A DNA stretch of 64,000 bases from Selaginella moellendorffii. Taxonomy: Eukaryota > Plantae > Lycopodiophyta. Shown one piece after another: positions 1-14,181 of the stretch. The DNA lies in NCBI RefSeq assembly GCF_000143415.4, contig NW_003314323.1, forward strand, positions 810,499 through 874,498. Direction: 5' to 3'. Under the pieces are notes generated by a model, which worked only from the letters and a program-made list of their open reading frames with translations, did not search any database and was not told the DNA's origin. Numbering within the stretch: the first letter of the stretch is position 1; each line of letters opens with the position of its first letter. A program made the translations under genes and the position numbers.

Positions 1-32
1 ACAATATTTAATTTATTTGGTAACAATTGGTT

Positions 33-315
33 GATGGTAGATCCTAGAATAAAATCATTCCTATCTTTCATATTATGGCACATGCTTGATGTGATATTTC
101 TTTCCGTTCTACCAAAAGTTAGTGCATATAATAAATTTGAGTATGTTTTTGAATTCAATGTATATAGACAATTAATATTGTACAACATAGTCCTATATAC
201 TTCATACAGAATTTATTATAACAACATTATTCGATGTTAGATCCTAGAATAAAATCGCCCTATCTTTTCACATAATGGCATAGCACATGTGAGGTGACAT
301 TTCATTATAAAAGTT
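33..315. repeat. ~200-bp-spaced degenerate direct repeat upstream of the transposase, possibly subterminal
   Basis: TAGATCCTAGAATAAAATC..CTATCTTT..ATGGCA..GTGA.ATTT occurs at ~38-100 and again at ~238-303. Confidence 0.6.
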
Positions 316-343
316 CAGAGTTCCAAAACCTAAAGGCAACAAA

Positions 344-3300
344 ATGGAGGGCTTCCTTTTGCATTACCAAGATCACCCACCGCTTTCTATCTCCCAGAGT
401 CTTATTTCAGAAAGTTTTCTTTGCCGACATTTCGATCTTTCTCTCGGTTCTATTTCATTGGAAGCTGTGATTCGCAACAACATTGGTGTAGTTGAACGAT
501 CGGAGTTTCTTCTTTCGGGTGTAGGTGAAGGTGGACAACATTGGGATTTGCAACATTCCAAGTCGAAAGAGATTCGAGTTTTTGGATCTCCAATCAAAGT
601 GCGAGGCTGTGATCCTGCTAAAGTCAATGTGAAGCAAGAGTCGGTCGTCATCATTTCTTCCTCTTCTAGTTCTAGTGGAGATGTTAGTCCAGTGCGAGCC
701 AAGAATTTCCAAACTCCAACTTCACTGATATTCCAAGCTGTTTGCAACGCTTTCCAGTTTTCCCGCCTCTCTATCGATGTGCGTTCCTTTCTGCATAGGC
801 TCGTTAGCGAGCTCCCATCTACATACAATGGCAATATCTTCTTTGAACTACCACCTCTTGTCATCTCAAAACGAANNNNNNNNNNNNNNNNNNNNNNNNN
901 NNNNNNNNNNNNNNNNNNNNNNNNNNNNNNNNNNNNNNNNNNNNNNNNNNNNNNNNNNNNNNNNNNNNNNNNNNNCACACATTTCCAACATTTCGAAGGC
1001 ACAGTGTCCATGGTTCATTGTGGTGGGTATTTGGATTGTGTGAATAAAGCATGCAATCAAGAGCGTGGTAAAAACTCCATATTTTTTGAAGGATCTGCAA
1101 CCAATCCTCCCCTCTGTGACACCATTGGTGTTGGATTCAAGTGTCGGTTTTGCAAGAATGCTCCATTGTGTCGTGCCATCTGCGGGGCCAAGATGTACTA
1201 TTTTCTTCCACGGGATGGAGAGGTTGGTAGAGCTGCAGTACATATTGGCACGCACACACATCCAATGCAGGAAGGGATACAAAGGAGTTCAGTCAACCAT
1301 TTCAAAGATGCAGTGCAGATAGAGACTGTGAGAAACTCATCTGCAACTCCGAAGCATGTTCAGAAGATAGTGCTCAAGGATTTTATCGCAAATACTTTAC
1401 TTGATCCGGACTACAAGAATACTCAACTGGATGAGGCTAGCTTGCAGGAGTTACTACGACATGTGCAACCTGCAACTAGCCTTAGAAGGTATGAAAATAT
1501 TATTACATACTTTTCAATAATATCTCTCTTACATTTTGTTTTATTTAGGATAAAGTCTTGGATGTGTGAATCTCGAGAGGGGAAACTCCAATCAAAAATC
1601 GACTCAATCCTTGAACTAAAACGGACTTGTCCCTATGAGTTTATCCATGGGAGTTTATTTCCAGATCAAGTCGTTAGTGAGCAAGAGCGCCCCTTCGTTT
1701 TCAAAATGTCTACCATGGGCCCTGCCTCTTGTGTGGATCTTGTTTCCCGAATGGATATGTCTGGGTCAAGTGACCTTGCTAATGCATGGGTACATTTTGA
1801 CCATATGGAGCGGGTGGCAGGTTGGACAACCATGGGAGCTCATGTGTATGATCCAAGGTAGTTTTTTTTCTCATTATCTTAAAATGGTTTTAAACATTGC
1901 ACTTTTCACAGGCTACGTTGTAACTTGACAATTGCAACGGTAGAGTTTAAAGTACAAGACCAGATGGCTCAAGAAATATTTTGGAAGTCCCTCTCCGACA
2001 TTGTATTGAAGCGAACTGGTAAGCCTGCCAACTTTCGCGGTTTCATGGCAGATGGGGCTGGGGCTAATTGGAATGGTGTCCGGGCAGTCTTTGGGAATGG
2101 TCTACCCCTAGAAGGTCGTGAGAGGACATGTGAGTTCCATTGGGCTCAGAGCCTAAACCAACACTGCCACCTTATCAAGCCAGATTTCCAATTAGCATTT
2201 AAGGAGTTGTGCAAACAATGGCAAGCTGCACCTTCTGAAGAAGAGCATGAGGCAAAAGCAAACGAGATTCGAATGTGGTGGTGTGAAGATGGCCATACTG
2301 ACGTAAGTTGTCTACCACAACTTGAGTCATGGTTGGGGTGGTGGGAAGTTAGAATGTTCCAATGGGGACATCACTCTTTTCAGGTTGGTTTTTCTTTTTT
2401 TCCTCTCTTTTTATTGCTTTTTAATATCATCTTTTTATAAGGATCAACCACTTGAGGATCTTGCATACACCCCAACTGTGAATCTCTTAGAGAGTAAACA
2501 TTGGAGTTGGCGTTCCTCTGAGGCAGGGAAAGGGAAGATGAGTCTATATGAAGCATGTCTATCAGATTTGATATGCGCTGTAGAGCAGTCTTCAAAAGCC
2601 TTGGCATTTGAGGAAGGAAGATACATGGGAACAGGACCTTCGGTTGAGATGTTACACGATCGGATGAAGAAGAAAGTGACTCCACCAGCACGAACAATGG
2701 CAACTGCAGTGGAGGAAGTGGTCCCCGGCACATCTATGGAGTACACTCCTCGGGCTTCTATTGGTGATATGAAGACCGTCCGCTCAAAGCGTCGATTTTC
2801 TTTTGCTGGTGAAGATGTTGGCACGGATCTTGGAGCAAAAAGCTCTCACAGGCCTGATGTTGAGTATCATTTTGCTCCAAGACATCGCCCCAGAACCGAA
2901 CCACATCAAGTGGCTGATGAAGAAAGTGCATCACAACAGGTTGAAATTGCTTATCGTAGTGTGGAGCCGAAGCAATGGGCAATCCGTCGAGTGCCAGCGA
3001 AATCAAATGTAAGGTGTGTGGGGATGCTTCCAAGGGGCAAGTGTTGAGCTTGGATCCGTGGTGATAAGTCTGCTTCTGTTCCAGCCCCATGTTTCCATGG
3101 GGAACGAAAGCAAGCAGGATTTTCAAGATGGTGTTGGTTATATTGCTACAACTCTGATGTCAACCATACAAAGCGGCTTGAAGACACTATAGTGACTAAA
3201 CCTGATGCAGTACCTAAAGAATGGCCGGTTGCTAATGGGGTTGCGCTCACATCGGATGAGATTGAAAACCTTGAGAAATCTGGTTTCAATCTTGAGAGGA

Positions 3301-3718
3301 GAGTTGGAAATATGAGTGACAAAACCAGGACTATTCCTACAGAGATGCACAGGAGGCCAGCACGAAAAGGTAAGGCAGTTAAATTTATTGGTACCGTCTC
3401 CAAGCAGAAGCAAGGTAAAATAAACTTGGCTCAAACACTTGAGTGTGAGATTCTCTCCACGAAGTACATCACTGCGCTCGCAAAGGAGTACACAGTCAAA
3501 CAGAAGGTGGAGAGTACACAATTGCCATTCAAGACTTTCCTTCTTGCACATGTTCAGACTTTACGAAGCGCGAGGAACATGGGAAGGCATATGCTCCTTG
3601 CAAGCATATGTACTACATCTTCATCAACATCTTGCACCATGATCCTAAAGTGGATATTCATATACACCAAGCAAGCCTTACTATTGCTGAGTTGCAGAAA
3701 ACTTTTGGAGCTAATTAG
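344..3718 (+). pseudogene. Mutator-like (MULE) DDE transposase with N-terminal GCM/WRKY-like zinc finger and C-terminal SWIM; disrupted
   Basis: GT-AG introns at 1489-1548, 1858-1911 and 2384-2441 join the ORFs in frame. Motifs: HCGGYLDC..C...CRFC...C..HIGTHTHP; catalytic-like HFDH, MADG, CEFH and NLLESKH. In-frame TGA at 3045-3047. A 1-nt frameshift near 3498 precedes the SWIM motif CTC...PCKH, which ends at TAG 3716-3718. Confidence 0.75.
876..975. other. assembly gap (100 N)
   Basis: run of N. Confidence 1.
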
Positions 3719-4858
3719 ATTTTCCAGCACTATCGATGTTTATTCTCTATCAATAATATAAACTAATTATACCTTATATAATTAATAAAAATATTTTATT
3801 ATTTCACTTTTCATTTCATATACTTGTAAGGTTCTTTTCGCAATACTACCCATAGTATTTGTGAGTCTCCATTTTTGTCTTTACCTTCTCAAAAAATATT
3901 TCGTGATAGTCTTTCGGGTGTATGATGTTACAATGTATTGTGAGAGCATATGTACCATCACAGTTTTTTTTTTCCTTTCAAATGGTTATATGGCCTTATA
4001 TAGAATCTTAATTCAAATTTAATAATTTAAAAATTCTGATGAACCTGACATTTACTAGCTAGAAAGCACAGAGTACAAATTTAAAGAAGTGACAAGAATA
4101 CTCTTTTTGCAAACATTTTATTTTATATTCTAACAAACGTCTTTATTATTGCATGTAGTAAATATTTAAATTATTAGAACAAGAAGTGTCCTTTAGAACA
4201 TTTTTATCTATATAATATATAGAGAGTTATGAAATTATTAAGTTCGCCATAACTTTAAAATTTTAAAGTTTATAATGTTTGTACTAAATTACAATTGAAA
4301 ATTGAGCTCAACTCGTGAGCTCAACTCTTCAGCTCGTGAGCTCAAGTATGGTCCACGCTCAGTGAATAGAGATGGACAAATGGGGTAACTTGGTGAAGTG
4401 TTCAAGAGCCAGTTTTAGCTCCCCTAGGAGATCAAATGGTTAATGTTCATAATCCAAGTGTGGGTGGCACTATCTACTTGGATACCTGGTATAGTTCATT
4501 GGAACCTCACTCTAACCACATGGCTAGGGCACCTAAAGGCTTAAGGTGGGGAGAGTACCCACAAGGCTCACGTAGGGATGCAATGTTTCAAAATGTCACC
4601 CAAAAGTCTTGGATTGTAAAAAAGAAAAGGAGCAATCCTCTTGTATAGTGACCAAAGATATGGTGTTATAAAAGTCAATGGGACTTAGTGGGCAGGCTTT
4701 TAAGCCCTGACTCAATAGTAGTGTTGGCGAGCATAGTTATGGATAGAAAAGGATTTAGTGGGGATTGAAGAAGGGATATTAAAGAAGGGTGTTCACCATA
4801 TCTTTGAGCATTATAAGATGATGAAGTGTGGTCATGGGATGACCACTCATAAACCAAT

Positions 4859-5909
4859 TGTCGCGAATGTGATTTCGGGTATTGAAAGATACTTGTCGGC
4901 TAGTCCTTACGAACACTCTTTCTTTACTGCCATGACAGCAAAAGGTCGGTATTGCTGAACTTGTTATCAATTCCCACTTGAGCTAGTTGAGAAACTGGTA
5001 AATGACCATGCACTTAAATCGGATAAACATAAGGTAGGAACCCTATGTGTTTCTTGTTGAGCATACTCTGCCTAATTTGAGAAACTCCTATCATTAGTTT
5101 ACACTTGCTAGTGTCAAAAACCCTGGCAATATTGAGCTTGGTCCCTCAATATTGCTAGATGATAGCTTACCGTGTCTGCTAAACACCCTCGCTATCATGC
5201 CCTTTGTGTTAGTCTCATTTCGGTCCCAAATGTTAATTATGGAAAGTGTCTAGATTCGCTCATTTGGCATATCTACGGAATGTAGAGATTAGCCTAACTC
5301 CTGATACTAAGGGAAGCTTGGGGTGAAAGCCCAAAGCGGTTCCTCAAGGGGGGGGGGGGGGGTGTTAGGGGGTTTCAAATGTATAGTTGTATAGTAGGGA
5401 TAGTGGGTAGGTCGGGTATGGCCAACCTAAGGCATAGTTTAGCTCTTATTTGCGTGCTTGTCCTTGTTCTACGTCCGGCTTATGTCTAAGCCCAAGTTCT
5501 ATACTATGCTAGCTAGTGGAGTACCCATGTCCTTGCGTTAGGCCACAGGTATGCCGAAATAGCGCCAAACTCTGTTTGGCTTCGTTTTGCGTGCTAGTCC
5601 TGGCATTGGGATACTAGTTGCTCTAGGACTGTTCTAAGTCGCTCCGGGCTTCTATCCCTTTGCTCCTTATGCTGCATGCTAGGGAGTTGCTCCGCGGTCT
5701 AGTTCCATCACTCTTTGGCTCCATACTTGGGAGTTTGGCACCGTTCCTTTGTTCAATGGCCCAAGGCCTTGAACCTCGGGTTCCACACCACTGTCCTTTG
5801 GACACGTGGTATATGACACATAGCACATGGAGGTTTAGGTTTCGCTTCATGGTGTGATCCTATGGTAAATCACCATAGGATAAAGGGTAAAAAACCCACG
5901 TGCGCTACA
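4859..5909 (+). repeat. 5' LTR
   Basis: TGTCGCGAAT...GCGCTACA, followed by the PBS. Confidence 0.9.
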
Positions 5910-8164
5910 TTTGGTATCAGAGGATATGTCTTAGTGAGTACTATTCAATGAGATTGGGCAACTAGTCTCGTTGCATACGCAGAGATGAAAACAATGATAT
6001 GAGTGGGTACACGTTTGGGTGCAATGACTTCGTAATCATTCCTTGGGTATGGATTTGGTTATCTTGTTGTACCTTATGATGTGAGCTTGCTCTTGGGTTT
6101 ATAAGATGGATTTGAGGTATACCATTTTGCACGAGTTTGCACTTGGGCTCGTGAGTTAGACACATTAGCAACTCAAAGTCACACTTTGGGTTGGCAAGAT
6201 TAATAATAGCCTATCGATGGTTCCATGAGTTGTTCTTTGTACCATGGGAAAAAGTAAACCTTCAATGGGTTTGCTATGAGTGGCAAATATGCTGGTCCGT
6301 AGCTGTTTAGCACGGCACTAGTGGATCTTTCCTAGGCATGATTATGAGTGGAGAATCAAGATTGTAGGGATTAATATATTAGTTCGAGTAGTCATTGCTG
6401 TGCTCTCTCATAAACTTTTCTTGGATTGGACTAAAGGCAGTGCAAATGCAAGCTTGAGGTTTAGTCAAAGATGAGACTGAAAAGAGAGTTGTTAGGGACG
6501 AAGGATCAAACACATAAATCATTTTCTCTTCTTGGAGAAATAATTTGCAACGAGGTGTTGACTCATTGCTCATGTTCACATCATACAATCAAGAGTCCCT
6601 ACCTTGATGCATGTTAGTTATGATGGTCTTACAAATGGCGAGTTATGAGATGGATAGTGGTGAAGTGCTAATCCATTTCTAGGCTTGCTATTGAAGACTT
6701 GGGTTGCAATGCTCAATTCTTTTCCGGGGAACCTTGCTATTGCTCCTTGAGTAACTTGGTGTTGGATTAGTTTTGAGTTTGGTCAAAAAGAGAATGGCGT
6801 GAGCTTGTTCATGTTGTGAATTAAAATTAGTGGTGTTGGGTGTTGTAAAGCTCTATTGGTGGAGTGTGGCATTTATGTTGCATTTTGTCGAATTGAGTTA
6901 GCACTTGATAGTCACATAAACCTTTGAAGTAATGATATGGGTGTTGCTCGTAGTGTTGCTCAATTGATGATCAAGTCATTGTGATACTTATATTATATCC
7001 ATGTGATAGTGAGCAATATGTTTATGAAGTTTTTTGATTAAACGATAATCATCCCCAAATTGGTTGATGGTGAAACTAGTTTACTTGCACATAATAGCAT
7101 TGTAGTAACTTTGACTGGATTCTCGATGGTGATCCATTATGCTAAGTTTAAGTTGGTTCTTTAGTTCTTTGAGTTTGCCCATAAGGTGTTGATAAGGGTT
7201 ATAGCATTCACTTGCTATAGCTTGTTGGTTTATCCATTAACACTTGGAGTAGATTGTTGGATGGAGAAGATGTGTAGTTAAGGCATTGACATCACTAGCA
7301 CTTGTGTTAGTGGAAGTGGCATTGTTGTTCGAGTGATGAGGAATTTTCCTTAGAGTTTGATTTTCCATGTCATTTTTTTTTGTTAATGGTTTGGCTTCAC
7401 ATTGGATCTTAAAGGTTGTTGAAAAAGAGTGTTAGTGCAATATGGATATCTGAAGATATAGTTTTCGTGATCAAGCCTTGGATGTTCCATTTGCATTTTG
7501 CGGATATCGGTGTTGGATATCAGAAAAATGGGCAAAGATGTTCGAGGCTTAAGTATACTATGGGTTATGAGAATTGGTGTTGAAGTGAACCTATGTGAAG
7601 TTGTACGTAGGAGGAAGTTGGTTAAGTCTTAAAAGTTTGTATTCCTGAACTAAGAGTCATTCTTTCTCTGGGATGGAAAAAATTTCCACAAATTTTCTTA
7701 TATTTTTCTAATGGCTGATCTATTAGTCACTTTGTTCGAAAACCATTCCGTTTTCATAAGCCAATACAAACTAGTGAAGGGGTTGGAGTTGACTTAGGTT
7801 AGCTTAGACCTTAGTAGGTAGTTTGTATGATGCAACCCGAAAGGGATACTAACTTTTAGGGTTAAGACAATTGAGTTGGATAGAATTTGGAGTTGGTGTA
7901 GAAGAGTGGTTATTGCACTTTTCTAAGAAAGGTGATCCTTGTGCCTTTTTTTTATAGCATTGTGCTTGGTGGCAGGTTGCACTTTGCATTTCATTAGACT
8001 CTATGAGAGTAGTGAGCTCTCACTGATCTTGACTTAGTCTTGGTAGCCTTGTGCCTTGGCTAAGGATAGTGATGTCCAAGTTAATTGTTTAAGGTTGAGA
8101 TGTTAGTACCCGTACTAAAGCCTTATTTATGAGGAGGTTGTGTGCTGATATGAGTTCTTCTCAT

Positions 8165-8451
8165 ATGCTTTATTTCGTTAAAGTGGAATTTATTCAGTAA
8201 AGTGGGACATTAATTAGCATGTGTCCACATGCCATTTCCTAGTACTTAATTAATATTTATTAATATTTCTATCAGTTTTTTAATTTATTTTTTATATTTC
8301 ACAATATTATAACACAAAATCATATGAAAATTTTTTAATTTATAAATTATAAAGCTAAAACTTCAATTTTTTATTGTTGTTATAAAAATGGCATGTGGCC
8401 ACACACCATAAGTGGGATAATGAAAAGTTCCACTTTAACGAAATAAAACAT
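8165..8451. mobile_element. MITE inserted in the LTR element's internal region
   Basis: ~30-bp TIRs ATGCTTTATTTCGTTAAAGTGGAA / TTCCACTTTAACGAAATAAAACAT; inner inverted pair CCACATGCCATT / AATGGCATGTGG; AT-rich core. Confidence 0.8.
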
Positions 8452-11131
8452 TTATGGTTTTCACTTTAGTTTCGGCTGAGTATTGATCATGCATAGTTAG
8501 CCTCTTCAAAAGCATGTTCAGAGCTATTGGTTAAACGTGTCGATAAACTTATTGCGGTTGAGTTGAATTCAAGTGGTTATTTAGTTTGTGCTTGTCCATG
8601 AACCTTTATCTCACACTTAGGGTATTACGTTTATATTGGAGAAGCATATGACTCAATGGCACGAGTTTAGTGTTTGGGTCTCGTGAAGGCAAGTTGAAAG
8701 AGTGATTGTTAGTTGCTTTGCAACTAGTGATTGCTTGTAGAATTTATCAGTGATGGGTTTACTTTACTGAATGGTATTGCGGAGGATCGTGTTATTAGAT
8801 TTACATGGTTTCTTTCCATGTTGGCATATCAATTTCTTTATCGATATCATTTGGTTATGTTTAGTTCATAGTGTTGGATTTCATTGAGTCTTGGACGTGG
8901 TGAATTACTCCTTGATGAAGTGTTATTTGTAAATGAGTTTTGTTGAAGGATTGGTCTTGGATATTAGGTATAGTATCTTCGACTTTGGTTAGCTTGGTTG
9001 CAAAAGAGTTTTGAGTGGTGATTCACTCTTGCTTTCTTTTAGCTTTGTTATGGTGTTGATAGTATTAAAGTGATGCTTTGTTGTTGACATTATTTGATGT
9101 TGAGATTCAAGTGAGATGGGATGTCTCTCTTTAAGATTAATATTAAGTTTCATTAGTCTTGATAAATATAGTGTTGATGGTTTAATTGTAGCTTGGTGTT
9201 ATTAGCATTTGTACAATTGCTAGTTAGCAACTGTATTGACGTTCAAATGAACTGAGTGGCAAGTTTGAGTTAGTTGTGTTCTAAACGAGATTATTTAGTA
9301 GGGGTTGAGCTTTAACTTTTCCTTGAAAAGTGATTTAGTCATGGACTATGTTAATTCTACAAGAGGAAGAGTTAGTGATCAATATTAAAGTGATTGAATT
9401 CTTATTAGATTTAAGTTGGGATATATTGATCATTGATGATTCTTCTTGTGCTTGTTATAAAGCGAGTTACATCTTGCTATAGATGGATTCATGGAGGATC
9501 GTTTAATGATCACTTGTTGAGCATAACTTCATTGTACTTGACTTTTCGATTGATGCAAATATGCTCTTCATTAGCTTTGCATTATGAAGTTTAGCTTATG
9601 GATGTGTTAAGGAGGATGTTGTGGGTTATGCCATGATTTCTTCTTTGGCATTGAAGTTAGTTCATGTAAGACTTGTGATCATTATTAGGCAAAACCTAGC
9701 TATAGACTTCTTTGAGCTTTTAGTTTTTTGAGTTATCATGCTTTTGGTCCATTTGTTTGAAGTTGTTGGGGAGGCATTCTAGCTCCTAAGATTCGATGAA
9801 GTTAGTATTTGCATCTAGCAATTATTGGTGATGATTGACTATCATTTAGAATAGTTTATTATCTTTGTCGAAGGTTTTATTTGATTATTGTTAATATAAA
9901 ATGATTTGATGTTCTTCGGGATGGTGGATTCCTTTTTTGACGATAATTATGCATATCTCTTATTGATGGGATGATTGATGATCTTTCATGATAGTTAGTG
10001 GTTTTCCTTGGTGGCTTATGGCTTTTCGCAATATCACATGTTTTTTGTGGTTTGCTCTAAATTGGTTTCTTGGATTTGAGATATCAGTAGGATGTTGCTG
10101 ACACTTGCTTGAGCAACTTTAGTTCCTTGGTATTATTGACCAGGATCTATTCAAATTGACTAGTGCGATAGTTGGCATGAACGAGTGTTTGTTGGTTTTA
10201 CCACATTCATTCTATTCTGTTGATTATTACTTGAGTTAGTTTTGATAGATTGGGATGTTATTTCCTTCAAGTGATACATTCACAAGCATTTTGCTTGTCA
10301 GTCAATAATACTTTGTGTTCTTTGAGTTATCTTTGGTAAATCGCTTGGCATTCTGTCTGCTATCTTTGATAGTTAAGCTTTATCATTGAGCTTATTTGAT
10401 AGTATCCTTGCTCTTGAATTTTGTTGGCTGGTACATCTTGTGTTTGCCACTTATGATGATCTTGGTGGTTCATATACTATACTACTAGTTTATTGAATGA
10501 TAACTTACTTGGAATAATAGATGGACAATATTAAAGTCAGAGACAATGATATCTTAGAGTCTTAATTATCAGTGAATAAATCTTATATTAGAACACCCTT
10601 TGAGTTTGGGCTAGTATAGGTAAACTGGCTTCGGCACTTCGTATGCATAGTGAAATCTTTAGTCATGGGGTAGCTACTGTCGACTGGTCACATAACCCGC
10701 CTCTTTGTTGATGTTCCTTATTCTGTTCAAAGGGTGTGACCATGTAAACAACTCTAACTGCTTGTTTATAGTAGTCTATCTAAACCTTACTGACAAGTTT
10801 GGTTTCTTTGCTCATGAGGGTTGGGGCCTCTACCTTCTCTCTCTATGCCACATGCGGGCAGGGGCATATCACACTTTTGTAAGTTGGGTGACAACTAGAG
10901 CAGCAAGGGTGGCTAACTCCGTTAGTCATTTACTTGTCGGCAATGGCTAGAAGGTGTTTGAGTGGGTAGCACATCCGCGTTAGACAAAGAGGTTACCCTA
11001 ACTCATTTAAGTTTGTGCATTTCTCACATAGTGTGAATACTGTGAACTTTTTTCTGGAGTTGTTTCTTTGGTAGTATTCTAGACTGGAGTATGCATCGAC
11101 GAGGACGTTGATCTTCCCTAGGGGGGGAGAG

Positions 11132-12571
11132 TGTCGCGAATATGACTTCAGGTATCGAAAGATACTTGTCAGTCAGTCCTTACGGACACTCTTTCCTTAC
11201 TGCCATGATGGCAGAAGGTCGGTATTGTTGGACTCGTTATCAATTCCCACTTGAGTTAGTTGAGAAACTGGTCAATGACTGTGCACTTAAATCAGATAAA
11301 CATAAGGTAGGAACCCTATGTGTTTCTTACTGAGCATACTCGGCCTGGTTTGAGAAACTTTTGTCATTGGCTTGCACTTGCTAGTATCAAGAACCCCTGC
11401 GATATTGAGCTTGGTCCCTCAATATTGCTAGACGATAGCTTACCGTGTCTGCCAAACACTCTTGCTATCATGCCCTTTGTGTTAGTCTCATTTCGGTCCC
11501 AAATGTTAATTATAGAAAGTGTCTAGATTCGCTCATTTGGCATATCTATAGAATGTAAAGATTGGCCTGAACACAATGCTATTCGTCCTGTGTCCAAATT
11601 CGCAATTTAATGCCATTTCATATTTAATAAGTTTTGAGCTTGTCCCAAAGACTAACTCCTGATACTAAGGGAAGTTTGGGGTGAAAGCCCAAAGCGTGTG
11701 TTGCTTAAGGGGGGGGGGGGGGATGTGGAGGGTTTCAAATGTATAGTAGGGTATAGTAGGGATAGAATTTATATAAGTTGGAAATTTAAATGAGCTCTTT
11801 AAAATATCAATAGTAGGCAAGGTCATTAGTGTATATATAAAATGCATAACTCTAATAAATTATTAAATTTATTTCTTTAATAAAGTTAAAATGTTTAATT
11901 AAAATTTTAATTATATATTTTACAAAATAGAAAAATAACCTCAAAGATATGATACAAGTATAATATATGGGTAGGTTGGGCATGGCCGACCAACCTAAGG
12001 CATAGTCTAGCTTCATATTTATAAGCTAAATGTATAAATATACATTTGTGATACATTTGTGTTTTGGTTGAGATGTCTCTATTGCCTAAAACCTGCTTGC
12101 ATGTTTGTCCTTGTTCTGTGTCCGGCTTGGGTTTAAGCCCAAGTTCCATACCATGCTAGCTGGTGGAGTACCTATGTCCTTGTGTTAGGCCACCGATATG
12201 CCAAAATAGCACTAAACTCAGTTTGGCTCTGTTTTGCGTGTTGGTCCTAGCATTGGGATGCTGGTTGCTCTAGGACTGTTCCAAGTCACTCTGGGCTCCT
12301 GTCCCTTTGCTCCTTGGGCTGCATGCTCGGGAAATGCTCCGTGGTCCGGTTCTGTCACTCATTGGCTCCATGCTTGGGAGTTTGGCACCGTTCCTTCCGT
12401 CAATGGCCCAAGGCCCTGAACCTTAGGTTCCACACCACTGTCCTTTAGACATGTGGCATATGACATGTGGTATATGACACGTGGCATGTGGAGGGTTTAG
12501 GTTCCATTTCGTGGTGTGATCCTATGGTAAATCACCATAGGATAAAAGGTAAAAAAACCACGTGTGCTACA
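11132..12571 (+). repeat. 3' LTR (about 390 bp longer than the 5' LTR)
   Basis: TGTCGCGAAT...GTGCTACA after the PPT; extra blocks at ~11568-11652, ~11765-11968 and ~12015-12095. Confidence 0.9.
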
Positions 12572-14181
12572 CCAATAGCCCAGTCTTGGAGAAACGGGAC
12601 TATGGTACGGGTGGTTTTGGACTACCAATGAGACAAGGGTAAATGGTCATAACTTTAATGTAATAGGTTGAGATGTTAGTGGTACCCTTGGGGTGTTGTT
12701 CATAGGATCAGACATGTGGAGCATTTGAACAAAGTGCAAAAGGTGAGTGGTATAGATGTTATTTATAAGGCTAGTATGTCCTTAATTTGGGAATAAGACT
12801 TATGGAGGTTGTGAGTAAGACTTCTCCAAATTATCAAAGATGTGGTTAAATAACTAAAGTAGAGAGGAAAAATTAGTTCCTTACACTTTGGTCACTATAC
12901 TTTTTGAAGCCTTTATATGCACCCTGCCGCCCCGCCCCCCTCGGGCTCTCACCATCTCTAGCATCCCATTCCAAGGAACCTAGGCCCAGTCTACTGCAAA
13001 GGATGCTTCAACCTACAACTCAAGGTGCATGCATACCACAATTTCCAATCTGGATCACTTGCTGTTACTATGGAAATACTTGGTTTCTTCTCCTCTGCTT
13101 AGTGATATGCTTAAACTTAGCAGGTAGCCTTGCCTGACCTGATGTCTTACTCAAGATTTCTAGCCACTTAATGAAACCCACCATGCACATGTGCACATTA
13201 GTCCACCAAAGTGTCAATACACACAAGGGAGTTCAGCCAACCAAATGAAAGTCACCATGGACAGCCAAGTGCACACCCTACATTGGGCACGAGAGGCTGA
13301 ATATAAGGTCACTCAAGCAGGCATGCCCTTGGGACTAGCCCTTGTGCGCAAATCATATTCAAACTGATGATTCACAGAATTCTTCAATTCACAGCAGCTC
13401 AAGAATACTTTGAACTTTGTTCTCAAAAAAAGAAAGGTGTGTGTTCGGTCGATTGTTATACAACTTGCTTGATTTGTGCAGGAAGTTACAGAAAAAATGA
13501 AAGACAAAGTCGATGAAGATTCAAATTTGTTCAAGTACTACAAGCAACACTAGGGAAACAACACTTGGATGAAATGTGAGTGACTACGTGTGAGGCAATG
13601 CTGGAGAGACAACACTACAAAGGCATTGTATGGAGGTAACATATAGAAACACTTGGAGGTAATATAGAAAGACAACATTAGAAACACTTTGAGTAAATGC
13701 ATGGCAACAACAATGGAGACAATAACAGAGGTAAGGCTTAAAGGCAATGAAGGTAGTGCTTGGAGAAAATGCATAGAGGTAACAACAAGAAAGGTGACAC
13801 ATGGAAGTAATATATAAAGGTTGTTGTGCTTGAGATAGTTTTGCTTGAGAGTTTCACTTTGTATTTTTTAGACTTTAAGAGACAGGGGAATAAATATATA
13901 TACATTACATCAAATCTCATCTATTAAACATTCATTTTGCATGGTTAATAGTATAAGTAGATGAGATGTTTATATGATAGTTGGTAAAAAGTTTTTAGAA
14001 ATCTAACATTCACACTTAGGTTTTATTTTAAAGCTACTTTTATAAACATTTCTTTTGTTATTTAGAAGAAGATCTTCATTGTCCCTATTTGTTGTATGTG
14101 TTGACAATTTAATCAATGTTTTTTTTCAATAACTTCCCACTTTTGTATGTGTTAAAATTTTCAATGCATACTTTCTATTAT

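Larger units (their letters stand above)
4859..12571 (+). mobile_element. full-length LTR retrotransposon (probably Ty3/gypsy) with decayed internal region
   Basis: LTRs 4859-5909 and 11132-12571 (TG...CA); TSD CCAAT at 4854-4858 and 12572-12576; PBS TGGTATCAGAG (tRNA-Met) at 5912; PPT AGGGGGGGAGAG at 11120-11131; no long internal ORF. Confidence 0.92.
4360..12885 (+). mobile_element. old 5'-truncated LTR (4360-4858 + 12572-12885), related to the LTRs of the 50826-58341 element and split by a younger insertion
   Basis: Both pieces align with the reverse complement of ~50826-51640 (e.g. GGGGTAACTTGGTGAAGTGTTCAAGAGCC; GACTTATGGAGGTTGTGA). Ends in ...CCTTACA at 12885 with no PBS after it. Confidence 0.8.

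Noticed and set aside
12590-12630. DYGTGGFG resembling dUTPase motif 5
   Set aside because: The segment aligns to non-coding LTR sequence (reverse complement of ~51075-51125); no other dUTPase motifs are present
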